Origin: Candidatus Nanopelagicales bacterium
GTDB lineage: Bacteria; Actinomycetota; Actinomycetes; S36-B12
DNA length: 50,516 nt
Direction: 5' to 3'
Assembly: GCA_023263845.1 (NCBI GenBank)
Contig: JALQUH010000049.1
Span: 1 to 50,516, forward strand
Shown here in pieces: positions 1 to 8,118 of the stretch (the first letter of the stretch is position 1; each line of letters opens with the position of its first letter). Under the pieces are notes generated by a model that saw only the letters and a program-made list of their open reading frames with translations, made no database searches and was not told the DNA's origin. Both the position numbers and the translations under genes were made by a program.

Positions 1-135
1 GATCTCGGGGGTGAGCTTCGGGTCCTCGATCCAGACGTCGTGGATCTCGGCGATGACGCGCGCATAGAACTCCGGGTCGGCCGGAGTGTCGACCTCGGTC
101 CCCTCGTAGAGGCCCTTGAAGTCGAGCGTGTCGAC
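1..135 (-). CDS. Fragment of an unidentified minus-strand coding region running off the left edge (translation VDTLDFKGLYEGTEVDTPADPEFYARVIAEIHDVWIEDPKLTPEI)
   Basis: In the minus-strand frame, 43 of 45 codons end in G or C (only act and tat do not). In the plus-strand frame used by track ORF 40..1527, only about 30 of 45 do over the same bases. This fragment contains no ATG, GTG or TTG, so its start would have to lie right of nt 135, inside sequence that codes on the plus strand. The D-x(31)-IEDP spacing loosely resembles enolase-superfamily metal-ligand motifs, which is a weak impression only. Confidence 0.4.
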
Positions 136-1527
136 GGCGCCAAGGTCACCTCCCGCCCCGAGGACGTCGTCGGGATGCACTTCTTCAACCCGGCTCCGAT
201 CCAGGGATTCGTCGAGATCGTCCGGACCGTTGTCAGTTCGCCCGAGGTCGTCGAAGCTGTCGAGAATGTCGCGCGAGCTCTTGGCAAGGAGCCGGTCGTC
301 GTGGGGGACCGGGCCGGGTTCATCGCGAATGCCCTGCTCTTCGGATATCTCAATCACGCCGTGTCGCTGTACGACTCGCGCTATGCCACGCGCGAAGACA
401 TCGATACGGCCATGCGCCTGGGATGCGGCTACCCGATGGGCCCGCTCGCGCTCCTGGACCTGATCGGCCTCGATACCGCCTACGAGATCCTCGACACGAT
501 GTACAAGCAGGGCCGCGACCGGCTGCATGCCCCGTCGCCGATCATCAAGCAAATGGTCACCGCGGGTCTCAAGGGTCGCAAGACGGGGCGTGGGTTCTAC
601 ACCTACGCCGCCCCCGGATCTCCGGAAGTCATTGATGACGGTGCCGCGGGTACGGCTGGGCCGGCCGTCGATCCCCTTCCGGTCACCCGCGTGGGGGTGG
701 TCGGGTCCGGCACGATGGCGACCGGCATCGCCGAGGTTCTGGCCAAGGGCGGATTCGATGTCACGCTGGTAGCTCGATCGGAATCGAGCCTGGCTCGCGC
801 AATCGGCGCGGTGGACAAGTCGCTGGAAAAGGCCGTGCAGCGTGGGAAGTTGGAGACAGGCGACCGCGACGGGATTCGTGCACGCATCGCGGGTTCGACC
901 AGGCTCGACGATCTGGCCGACAGCGACCTTGTCATCGAAGCCGTCGTCGAGGACCTCCGAGTCAAGACCGCCCTGTTCGAGAACCTTGATGAGATCTGCA
1001 AGCCGGGAGCCATCCTGGCAACGACGACCTCGAGCCTGCCGGTGATCGATCTCGCCGCGGTGACCACTCGACCTCACGATGTCGTCGGACTCCACTTCTT
1101 CAACCCGGCGGCCGTCATGAAGTTGGTCGAGGTGGTCGGCACGGTGTCCACGTCGCCGACGACACTGGCTACAGGGATCGACGTGGCCAAGCGCGCGGGC
1201 AAACACCCGGTGGTGTGTGGTGACCGCGCCGGATTCATTGTCAATGCGCTGCTGTTCCCCTATCTCAACGACGCCGTTCGCATGCTTGAGGCTAACTATG
1301 CATCGGCGGATGACATCGACCTGGCGATGAAGAAGGGCTGTGGCTACCCGATGGGTCCGTTCGAGTTGCTCGACGTGGTGGGCCTCGACGTATCCCTTGC
1401 CATCCAACAGACTCTGTACCGAGAGTTCCGGGAGCGTGGGTTCGCGCCCGCCCCGCGCCTTGAGCATCTGGTGACGGCCGGTTATCTCGGACGCAAGTCC
1501 GGCCGCGGCTTCCGTACCTACGAGTAG
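136..1527 (+). CDS. 3-hydroxyacyl-CoA dehydrogenase family protein with two tandem units; the first unit lacks its Rossmann N-terminal part (5'-truncated, or starting at ATG 175)
   Basis: The translation carries the motif series (V)VGxHFFNP...GDRAGF(I)xNALLF(G/P)YLN...GCGYPMGP...GRK(T/S)GRGF twice. A complete GxGxxG fold (VGVVGSGTMATG) is present only in the second unit. Plus-frame GC3 is near 100% from nt 136 onward. The first 32 codons of track ORF 40..1527 look like antisense of the neighbouring fragment. The stop is at 1525-1527. Confidence 0.8.
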   Translation, partial: GAKVTSRPEDVVGMHFFNPAPIQGFVEIVRTVVSSPEVVEAVENVARALGKEPVVVGDRAGFIANALLFGYLNHAVSLYDSRYATREDIDTAMRLGCGYPMGPLALLDLIGLDTAYEILDTMYKQGRDRLHAPSPIIKQMVTAGLKGRKTGRGFYTYAAPGSPEVIDDGAAGTAGPAVDPLPVTRVGVVGSGTMATGIAEVLAKGGFDVTLVARSESSLARAIGAVDKSLEKAVQRGKLETGDRDGIRARIAGSTRLDDLADSDLVIEAVVEDLRVKTALFENLDEICKPGAILATTTSSLPVIDLAAVTTRPHDVVGLHFFNPAAVMKLVEVVGTVSTSPTTLATGIDVAKRAGKHPVVCGDRAGFIVNALLFPYLNDAVRMLEANYASADDIDLAMKKGCGYPMGPFELLDVVGLDVSLAIQQTLYREFRERGFAPAPRLEHLVTAGYLGRKSGRGFRTYE

Positions 1528-1537
1528 GTCGTCACCC

Positions 1538-1798
1538 ATGGGCAAACGCCGACCGGCCCGCAAGCCGGTGACGCCACGGCCGGATGTGCTCGAAGAGCAC
1601 CCGGACGGCGACTGGTACGTCCGAGCCATCACCGGTTCGGCGTCGACGAAGCGGTATCGATGCCCCGGGTGCGACCACGAGATCGTGCCGGCGACTCCCC
1701 ACATCGTCGCGTGGCCGGCCGATCGCAGCATCGACGATCGTCGCCACTGGCATACGCCGTGCTGGAAGGCGCGCAATCGGCGGAGTCCAGGACGATGA
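1538..1798 (+). CDS. Small conserved hypothetical protein, probably a zinc-ribbon-like protein (CPGC ... H-x-H-x-x-C)
   Basis: 86-aa ORF with high GC3. It has a CPGC pair and a downstream HWHTPC cluster. Its stop (1796-1798) overlaps the next ATG (1795) as ATGA. Confidence 0.55.
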   Translation: MGKRRPARKPVTPRPDVLEEHPDGDWYVRAITGSASTKRYRCPGCDHEIVPATPHIVAWPADRSIDDRRHWHTPCWKARNRRSPGR

Positions 1799-2562
1799 AC
1801 CAGTCCGAGGAGATCCGCGCGACGAGTGTTCTGCCGGCCGATCGTCGACCGATCGAGTTGACGACCTCCGACGGCCTGCGACTCGTCGGCGAGGTGGCGC
1901 TTCCGGCGGGGCGTCCAGCGCGGGCAACCCTCGTGTGTGTCCACCCGCTGCCAACGCACGGCGGCATGATGGACAGCCACCTGTTGCGCAAGGCCGCGTG
2001 GCGGCTGCCCGCCTTGGCCGACATCGCCGTTGTCCGCTTCAACACGCGCGGCACGACATCGACGGCAGGGACCAGCGAGGGGGAGTTCGACGCCGCGAAC
2101 GGCGAGGGGCGCGACCTGGCTGCTGCGGTGGCGTGGGCCCGCGACCAGGGCCTGCCGGAGCCGTGGCTGATGGGATGGTCGTTTGGCAGCGACGTCGTGC
2201 TCCGCCACGGCGTCGCCCTCAATCCGGCGGGAGTCCTCGCGCTCTCACCGCCGCTGCGGTACACCTCTCCCGAAGAACTGGGTGCATGGAGCACCGTGAC
2301 GACCCCGATCGTGTGCCTGGTGCCGGAGAACGACGACTATCTCCAGCCGGAGGCGGCGCGTGAACGCTTTGCCGTCGTACCGAGGGCGCACATCGTCGTC
2401 GGCGAGGGAATGGGCCACCTGTGGGTGGGTGAGCCCGCAGTGCGCCGCGTGCTCGGTGAGGTGGCAGCGCGATTGCGACCCGAACTTGCGCCCCTAGTCT
2501 GGGAGTGGCCCGGCGATCGGGCAGACAGCGAAGGACCCATGGAGAGGTGGTCAGATCTATGA
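1795..2562 (+). CDS. Alpha/beta-fold hydrolase (dienelactone-hydrolase-like size)
   Basis: Start chosen at ATG 1795 (MNQSEEIRAT...), which forms an ATGA overlap with the upstream stop. The track ORF 1660..2562 extends the N-terminus in an implausible R/P-rich stretch. A nucleophile-elbow-like GWSFG is present. The stop overlaps the next ATG. Confidence 0.7.
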   Translation: MNQSEEIRATSVLPADRRPIELTTSDGLRLVGEVALPAGRPARATLVCVHPLPTHGGMMDSHLLRKAAWRLPALADIAVVRFNTRGTTSTAGTSEGEFDAANGEGRDLAAAVAWARDQGLPEPWLMGWSFGSDVVLRHGVALNPAGVLALSPPLRYTSPEELGAWSTVTTPIVCLVPENDDYLQPEAARERFAVVPRAHIVVGEGMGHLWVGEPAVRRVLGEVAARLRPELAPLVWEWPGDRADSEGPMERWSDL

Positions 2563-3317
2563 GCTTCGATCTTGCTGATAAGCGAGCGCTGGTGACGGGG
2601 GCGTCACGCGGAATCGGACGGGCGATCGCCCTCGCCTACGCTGCCGCAGGAGCCGACGTTGCGATCCTGGCGCGCAACGCTGACCTCCTCGGCGAGGTAG
2701 CAGGGCAGATCGAGGACCTGGGGCGACGTGCCGTCGTGGCAACCGCCGACATCATGGATCCGCAGGCCACGCGGGCCGCTGTGTCTGAATCCATCGCCCA
2801 ACTCGGTGGCCTTGATGTCCTCGTCAACAACGCTGGCGGCAACTCCTTCTCCATTCCTGTCGCGCAGATGCGTATGAGCGGATGGGAGAAGACCATGCGG
2901 CTCAACGTGGACTCCCTGGTGCACATCACTCAGGAGGCCATGCCCGCGTTGGCCGAGGGCGGCGGCACCATCATCAATGTGTCGTCGGTTGCCGGGCTCC
3001 GCGGTGCGCCGACAATGGCCCACTATGGGGCGTCGAAAGCGGCGGTGATCTCGCTGACGCAGTCCTTGGCGATCGAAACTGCATGGATGGGAGTTCGGGT
3101 CAACGCTCTCGTCCCAGGATGGATCGAGACCGACCTCACTGATTTCCTCCGCGCCAACGAAGACGCCGAGCGCGGCACGCTGTCGCGGGTGCCCATGCAG
3201 CGATGGGGTCGCGTCGAGGAAATTGCGGAGCCAGCGGTCTTCCTCGCCTCGAGCGCTTCGTCGTTCATGACCGGTCAGGTCCTCGTCGTCGACGGTGGCC
3301 TGTCGTCGATGCCGTAG
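2559..3317 (+). CDS. Short-chain dehydrogenase/reductase (FabG-like 3-oxoacyl reductase family)
   Basis: Start at ATG 2559 (MSFDLADKRALVTGASRGIGRAIA) with an ATGA overlap. Classical SDR motifs are present: TGxxxGIG, NNAG, and S...YxxxK (YGASKAA). Confidence 0.85.
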   Translation: MSFDLADKRALVTGASRGIGRAIALAYAAAGADVAILARNADLLGEVAGQIEDLGRRAVVATADIMDPQATRAAVSESIAQLGGLDVLVNNAGGNSFSIPVAQMRMSGWEKTMRLNVDSLVHITQEAMPALAEGGGTIINVSSVAGLRGAPTMAHYGASKAAVISLTQSLAIETAWMGVRVNALVPGWIETDLTDFLRANEDAERGTLSRVPMQRWGRVEEIAEPAVFLASSASSFMTGQVLVVDGGLSSMP

Positions 3318-3324
3318 GTTCGGC

Positions 3325-4050
3325 ATGGGTCGATTCCTGCTGTTGCACGCCTTCCCCTTTGACTCATCCTTGTGGGACGACGTCGGTGCTGTCTTGCGCG
3401 AAACCGGACATCAGGTCCTCGCACCGGATCTTCCAGGCTTCGGGTCGGCTCAGTTGCCGGCCGCTGATCCCGATATCGATTGCCTCGTGGATGCGATGCT
3501 GCCTGTGCTCGGCGATGAACCCGCCGTCGTCGTAGGTTGCTCGATGGGTGGCTACGTCGCTCTCGGTATCGCGCGGCGACGCCCCGATCTCGTCCAGGCT
3601 CTCGCTCTCGTCGATACCAAGGCCACGTCTGACGCTCCCGCGGCCCAGGAGGGTCGCGAGCGTACCGCGGGGTTGGCCGAGACCGGTGCGGACTGGTCGG
3701 CGGGCATGATCTCCGGTCTGCTCGGCGAGACCACGCGGGCGCGACGGCCGGACGCCGTACGTCGTGTTGAGGGCGTGCTCGCCACGGCTGAACCAGCCAC
3801 GGTGGCGTGGGCGCAACGCGCTATGGCCGCGCGTCCGGACTCCCGCGACGTCGTCGCGGCGATGGACGTGCCCGTCCTGGTCGTCATGGGGGAGGAGGAC
3901 ACGATGAGCCCGCGGTCGGAGCAGGAACTGATCCTTGCCGAAGCCAAGCAGGGTCGGCTCATCACGATCGTCGAGTCCGGGCACCTGTCGCCCATCGAGG
4001 CGCCGGCCGAGGTCGCCGCCGCACTCCTCACCCTCGTGATCCCTCGTTGA
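3325..4050 (+). CDS. Alpha/beta-fold hydrolase
   Basis: Start at ATG 3325 (MGRFLLLHAFPFDSS), 7 nt after the SDR stop. It has the nucleophile elbow GCSMGG and a C-terminal SGH typical of the fold. Confidence 0.75.
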   Translation: MGRFLLLHAFPFDSSLWDDVGAVLRETGHQVLAPDLPGFGSAQLPAADPDIDCLVDAMLPVLGDEPAVVVGCSMGGYVALGIARRRPDLVQALALVDTKATSDAPAAQEGRERTAGLAETGADWSAGMISGLLGETTRARRPDAVRRVEGVLATAEPATVAWAQRAMAARPDSRDVVAAMDVPVLVVMGEEDTMSPRSEQELILAEAKQGRLITIVESGHLSPIEAPAEVAAALLTLVIPR

Positions 4051-4075
4051 CGCCGGTCAACACGTGTGGGGATAG

Positions 4076-5947
4076 CTAGGTGTCGATGCCGACACCGCGC
4101 ATGATCGCGCGGACGAACGCCTTGATTCCACTGGGCCACTGCGGGTGGGTGCCGTCGCTGACGAAGTACTCGGGGTTGTCAACCGAGACCGAGTACCAAT
4201 CAGCGATCACGGCGTTGGGGTAGTCAGGCACGACCACTGCGATGAGTTCGTTGTTCGGCTCCATCCACGGTCGTGGCACGTTGGTGTTCACCACGACGAC
4301 GCGCTCGCGGTCTCTCAGAATGTCGAGCATCTCGCGAAGCTGGTCCTCGGTGAGGATGCCGTTCGTGCCGGTATGGATGACGACGGTGGGCGCCAGCAAC
4401 CCCTTCTTCGACAACTTCTGAACGCGCTCGAGCACGCCGGAGGCCTGGCGACTAACCTCGGCGTCGACCTGGGTCTGATCGATCTTGGCCATGAGCTGAT
4501 CGGCGACGCCGAGCATGACGGAGTCGCCGATCGCGGTGACCGCGCCGTTCTTGTTGACGGGCAACCCGTCCTTCGACGTTTGACCCGTCGGTGACGAATC
4601 CGTTGACGAGGAGGAATCAGGACCGGTGGTCGGTCCCGTCGCGGGCGTGGTGGTCGCCGTGTCATCGATAAGCCGCTCGGTCGGGCCGCCGTCGTCGATG
4701 CCGATCGCCGCGGCCACATCGTCGGGGATTTGCTCGTCGACCGGCTTCGCCGTTGCCAGGCCCGCGCCGATGAGACCCAACGCGGCGATGGTGACTGCTG
4801 AGCCGGCGAGGACGCGTCGACCCAGATACGCACGATCCTCCGGGTCGGCCTCCCGCCACTGGGTGAGGAACCGGCCGATGGCGCCGCGTCGGATCGGGAT
4901 CTCGACGTAGCGATAGGACAGCTCAGCGACGATGAAGGTAAGGCCCAGGCGTAGTACGAGATTGGCAAAGCCCTCGATCGGGATGTCGAGCACCGGGCGC
5001 GTGATGACGAAGATCGGCCAGTGCCACAGGTAGAGGCCGTACGAGCGCTGGCCGATGTAGCGCCAGGGCTGGGAGCCGATCATCTTGCCGAAGGGCGCCC
5101 CGGGATGGCTGGCCGCGGCGATGAGGATCACGACGAGGATCGACAGGATGAGGAACCCGCCGCGGTACATGAAGGGCGAGTACTCGCCCACCTGCCAGAA
5201 GAACCACACGACCGCCAGTAGTGCGGTGAAACCGATCGCGGTGATGATCGCCTGCGCCCCGACGGTGAGCCGTGTGGACAGTCGACCAGGTCGCCACACC
5301 ATGGCGAGGGCGGCTCCGAGGAGAAGACCCATGATGTGCGTATCCGTGCCGAAGTACGCCCGACTGGGGTCCGCATCGACCGGGAAGCCGTTGGACACGG
5401 ACAGGAAGATCATCCAGGCGGTCGACACGATCGAGCCGCCAAGGGCGACCCAGAAGACGCCACGTCGTCCGCGCCAGCGCATGAGGAGAACAGCGATGGC
5501 GGGCCAGATCAGGTAGAACTGCTCCTCCACCGCGAGGGACCACAGATGCTGTAGGAAGGCAGGCCGGCCAATGGCCTCGAAGTACGACTGGTCGGCAACG
5601 ATGTACCACCAGTTGGTGACATAGAACAGCGATGCGAGCGCGTCCGCGCGAAAAGTTGCGGCCGAATCCCGATAGATAAAGGCGGTCGCCGCGCCGACCA
5701 CGACGAGGACGAGGATGAGTGCCGGAAGGAGGCGCTTGGCGCGACGAAGGTAGAACTGCTTGAAATCGACGCGACCGGATCGGTCGAACTCCTCGACGAT
5801 CAGGGTCGTGATGAGGAAGCCGGACAGGACGAAGAAGACGTCGACACCCAGATATCCACCGCGCATCCAGGTCTGGTCACCGTGGTAGAACAGCACGCCG
5901 AGTACGGCGAGGGCGCGCACGCCGTCCAGGCCGGGTAGGTACCCCAT
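4076..5947 (-). CDS. Membrane O-acyltransferase: acyltransferase-3 domain fused to a C-terminal SGNH/GDSL-like domain (OatA/OafA-type architecture)
   Basis: The N-terminus MGYLPGLDGVRALAVLGVLFYH is followed by about 10 hydrophobic segments, an S/T/P-rich linker, and a C-terminal domain with GDSV...GTNG...DGTHP motifs. Start is ATG 5947, with an alternative at 6031. Confidence 0.85.
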   Translation of the reverse strand: MGYLPGLDGVRALAVLGVLFYHGDQTWMRGGYLGVDVFFVLSGFLITTLIVEEFDRSGRVDFKQFYLRRAKRLLPALILVLVVVGAATAFIYRDSAATFRADALASLFYVTNWWYIVADQSYFEAIGRPAFLQHLWSLAVEEQFYLIWPAIAVLLMRWRGRRGVFWVALGGSIVSTAWMIFLSVSNGFPVDADPSRAYFGTDTHIMGLLLGAALAMVWRPGRLSTRLTVGAQAIITAIGFTALLAVVWFFWQVGEYSPFMYRGGFLILSILVVILIAAASHPGAPFGKMIGSQPWRYIGQRSYGLYLWHWPIFVITRPVLDIPIEGFANLVLRLGLTFIVAELSYRYVEIPIRRGAIGRFLTQWREADPEDRAYLGRRVLAGSAVTIAALGLIGAGLATAKPVDEQIPDDVAAAIGIDDGGPTERLIDDTATTTPATGPTTGPDSSSSTDSSPTGQTSKDGLPVNKNGAVTAIGDSVMLGVADQLMAKIDQTQVDAEVSRQASGVLERVQKLSKKGLLAPTVVIHTGTNGILTEDQLREMLDILRDRERVVVVNTNVPRPWMEPNNELIAVVVPDYPNAVIADWYSVSVDNPEYFVSDGTHPQWPSGIKAFVRAIMRGVGIDT

Positions 5948-6038
5948 CTCGCCGCCGTTGCGGCCGCGATCGAGATGCCAGGGTTGACGGTCGGTGATCT
6001 GGTCGGTCGCCACCGTCGCCCCTCTCCTCATCCCTCGT

Positions 6039-6070
6039 ATCCGGGGTGCGGCCGCGCCGTACCCCCGGAT
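6039..6070 (-). terminator. Possible hairpin downstream of ccr (8-bp perfect inverted repeat ATCCGGGG / CCCCGGAT with a 16-nt loop)
   Basis: The inverted repeat was read directly in the 168-nt (84 nt if the alternative start at 6031 is used) gap between the ccr stop (6116) and the acyltransferase start (5947). No U-tract follows it on the minus strand, so terminator function is uncertain. Confidence 0.3.
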
Positions 6071-6115
6071 GCCCGCGAATTGCCGGCCCGGGTCATCGTA
6101 CGTGGGGAAGCGCCC

Positions 6116-7453
6116 CTAAGCCCCGGCGAAACGGGTGATCTCGGGCAGGTGTCGTGCTCGCAATTCCGCATCGCGCACTCCCAGGCCCGGCTCGGGCGCG
6201 AGGGCCAAAACTCCGACCTTGCCCTGGTGGAGATTGCGGTGAACCTCGTAGGCGGCCTCGCCCGTTTGGTCGAGGGCGAAGGTCTTGGACAGGGTTGGAT
6301 GGATGAGGCCCCGGGAGATAAGCCGGTTGGCCTCGTAGGCCTCGCGATAGTTGGCGAAATGCGATCCCACGATTTTCTTAAGGTTCATCCACAGATAACG
6401 GTTGTCGTACTCATGCATGTATCCGCTGGTGGAGGCGCAGGTGACGATCGTGCCGCCCTTGCGGGTGACGTACACGCTGGCACCGAAGGTCTCGCGTCCA
6501 GGATGCTCGAACACGATGTCAACGTCGTCGCCTCCGGTGAGTTCGCGAATGCGCTTGCCGAGGCGCTGCCACTCCTTGGGATCCTGCGTCGACTCGTCCT
6601 TCCAGAAGCGGTAGTCCTCCGCCCGCCGATCGATGATGAGGTCGGCACCCATGGCACGACACAGGTCCGCCTTCTCCGGGCTCGAGACGACGCACACGGG
6701 GATCGCGCCGCCGTTGACGGCCATCTGCGTGGCGTAGGACCCCAGGCCGCCGGAGGCACCCCAAATGAGCACCACGTCGCCCTGCTTCATGTCCGCGCCG
6801 TTGCGCGAGACGAGTTGCCGGTACGCCGTTGAGTTCACCAGTCCGGGAGAAGCGGCCTCCTCCCAGGTGAGGTGGTTCGGTTTCGGCAGCAACTGGTTGG
6901 ACTTCACCAGGGCGAGCTCGGCGAGGCCACCAAAGTTGGTCTCGAATCCCCAGATGCGCTGCTCGGGGTCGAGCATGGTGTCGTTGTGGCCGAGCGGGCT
7001 TTCGAGTTCGACGGACAGGCAATGCGCGACGACCTCATCGCCGGGCTTCCACGCGTTGACCCCGGGGCCGACGCGGAGCACGACGCCTGCGGCATCCGAT
7101 CCGATGACGTGGTAGGGCAGATCATGTCGCCTAGCCATCTCATGCGATCGCCCGTAGCGCTCGAGGAAGCCGAAGGTGGATACCGGTTCGAAGATGGAGG
7201 TCCAGACCGAGTTGTAGTTGATCGAACTGGCCATGACTGCGATGAGTGCCTCACCGGGTCCGACTTCGGGTACGGGTACGTCGTCAAGGTGCAGTGAGCG
7301 TCGTGGGTCCTTGTCTCCGGAGGCCATCCCCTCGAACATATCGACCTCGTCCTTGTGGACGGTGATCCCGCGGTAGGACTCCGGCACGGGCAGCGCGGCA
7401 AAGTCATCGGCGGTTGCCTCGCCCGAGACGATGGCGTCGCGGATGGCCTCCAT
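6116..7453 (-). CDS. ccr: Crotonyl-CoA carboxylase/reductase
   Basis: 445 aa with the characteristic N-terminus (MEAIRDAIVSGEATADDFAALPVPESYRGITVHKDEVDMFEG) and an MDR-family GASGGLGS NADPH motif. A strong AAGGAGG sits 5 nt upstream of the ATG. Confidence 0.9.
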   Translation of the reverse strand: MEAIRDAIVSGEATADDFAALPVPESYRGITVHKDEVDMFEGMASGDKDPRRSLHLDDVPVPEVGPGEALIAVMASSINYNSVWTSIFEPVSTFGFLERYGRSHEMARRHDLPYHVIGSDAAGVVLRVGPGVNAWKPGDEVVAHCLSVELESPLGHNDTMLDPEQRIWGFETNFGGLAELALVKSNQLLPKPNHLTWEEAASPGLVNSTAYRQLVSRNGADMKQGDVVLIWGASGGLGSYATQMAVNGGAIPVCVVSSPEKADLCRAMGADLIIDRRAEDYRFWKDESTQDPKEWQRLGKRIRELTGGDDVDIVFEHPGRETFGASVYVTRKGGTIVTCASTSGYMHEYDNRYLWMNLKKIVGSHFANYREAYEANRLISRGLIHPTLSKTFALDQTGEAAYEVHRNLHQGKVGVLALAPEPGLGVRDAELRARHLPEITRFAGA

Positions 7454-7510
7454 GGATCCTCCTTGGGGAGCGGCTCTGTCGACGTTAACGGTCGTTCATG
7501 CTAGTGGGTG

Positions 7511-7606
7511 TCACCAGTCGATGTAGCCCTGCGTGCGTGCCCAATAGAGAGCAAAGACGAGCACGCCGAGCACAATAAGGGGGACGAGCAGGCGGCGCAG
7601 GCACAC
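7511..7606 (-). CDS. Candidate 31-aa single-pass membrane peptide (VCLRRLLVPLIVLGVLVFALYWARTQGYIDW)
   Basis: Not in the ORF track because it is under 60 aa. The GTG start lies 2 nt after the mce stop. GAGGA lies 9 nt upstream of it. GC3 is mostly high. The peptide has one hydrophobic helix flanked by basic and aromatic residues. Confidence 0.35.
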   Translation of the reverse strand: MCLRRLLVPLIVLGVLVFALYWARTQGYIDW

Positions 7607-7608
7607 GG

Positions 7609-8058
7609 TCAGTGGTCCTCAGCGTGCGCCTGGACGAGTTCGATGAGGACGCCGCCGCAATCGGCCGGGTGGGCGAAGTTGACCAAGGAGCCGGCGGTGC
7701 CGCGCTTTGCCCGGGGGTAGAGCACTCGAACGCCGGCCGCACGCAGGCGCTCGGCGGCCAGCTCGACGTCGTCGACCCCGAACGCGACCTGCTGGATCCC
7801 CGGCCCTCGCTTATCGAGGAACGTGCCGATGGTGGAGTCAGGAGTGAGGGGTGCCAGCAACTGCAGGTAGTCATCGCCAACGGCCAGCATGGCCTCCCGG
7901 ACGCCCTGCTCCTCGTTGGTCTCCTCGTGGACCATGGGCACGCCAAAGACTCGCCGGTAGAACTCGATGGCAGCGTCCAGATCGGGTACGGCGATCCCGA
8001 CATGGTCGATGCGGGTAATGAGGGGGCCGAGTACGGCCTGTGCCTGCTCCATGCTCAC
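7609..8058 (-). CDS. mce: Methylmalonyl-CoA (ethylmalonyl-CoA) epimerase, VOC/glyoxalase fold
   Basis: 149 aa. It has IDHVGIAVPDLDAAIEFY and a second VOC half with QQVAFGVDDVE, and the size and layout are typical of the epimerase. Confidence 0.85.
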   Translation of the reverse strand: MSMEQAQAVLGPLITRIDHVGIAVPDLDAAIEFYRRVFGVPMVHEETNEEQGVREAMLAVGDDYLQLLAPLTPDSTIGTFLDKRGPGIQQVAFGVDDVELAAERLRAAGVRVLYPRAKRGTAGSLVNFAHPADCGGVLIELVQAHAEDH

Positions 8059-8118
8059 TCCTCGCTAGGGTGAGTCCATCGTCGCAAGTAGGCCTTGCGC
8101 CTGGGCCAGGAGGTCACC

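Noticed and set aside
1584-2363. Overlapping 259-aa plus-strand and 221-aa minus-strand ORFs (1629-2294) across the first hydrolase gene.
   Set aside because: They are alternative frames of the alpha/beta hydrolase gene with Arg/Pro/Gly-rich translations. The hydrolase frame is supported by a GWSFG nucleophile-elbow-like motif and an ATGA start/stop overlap at each end.
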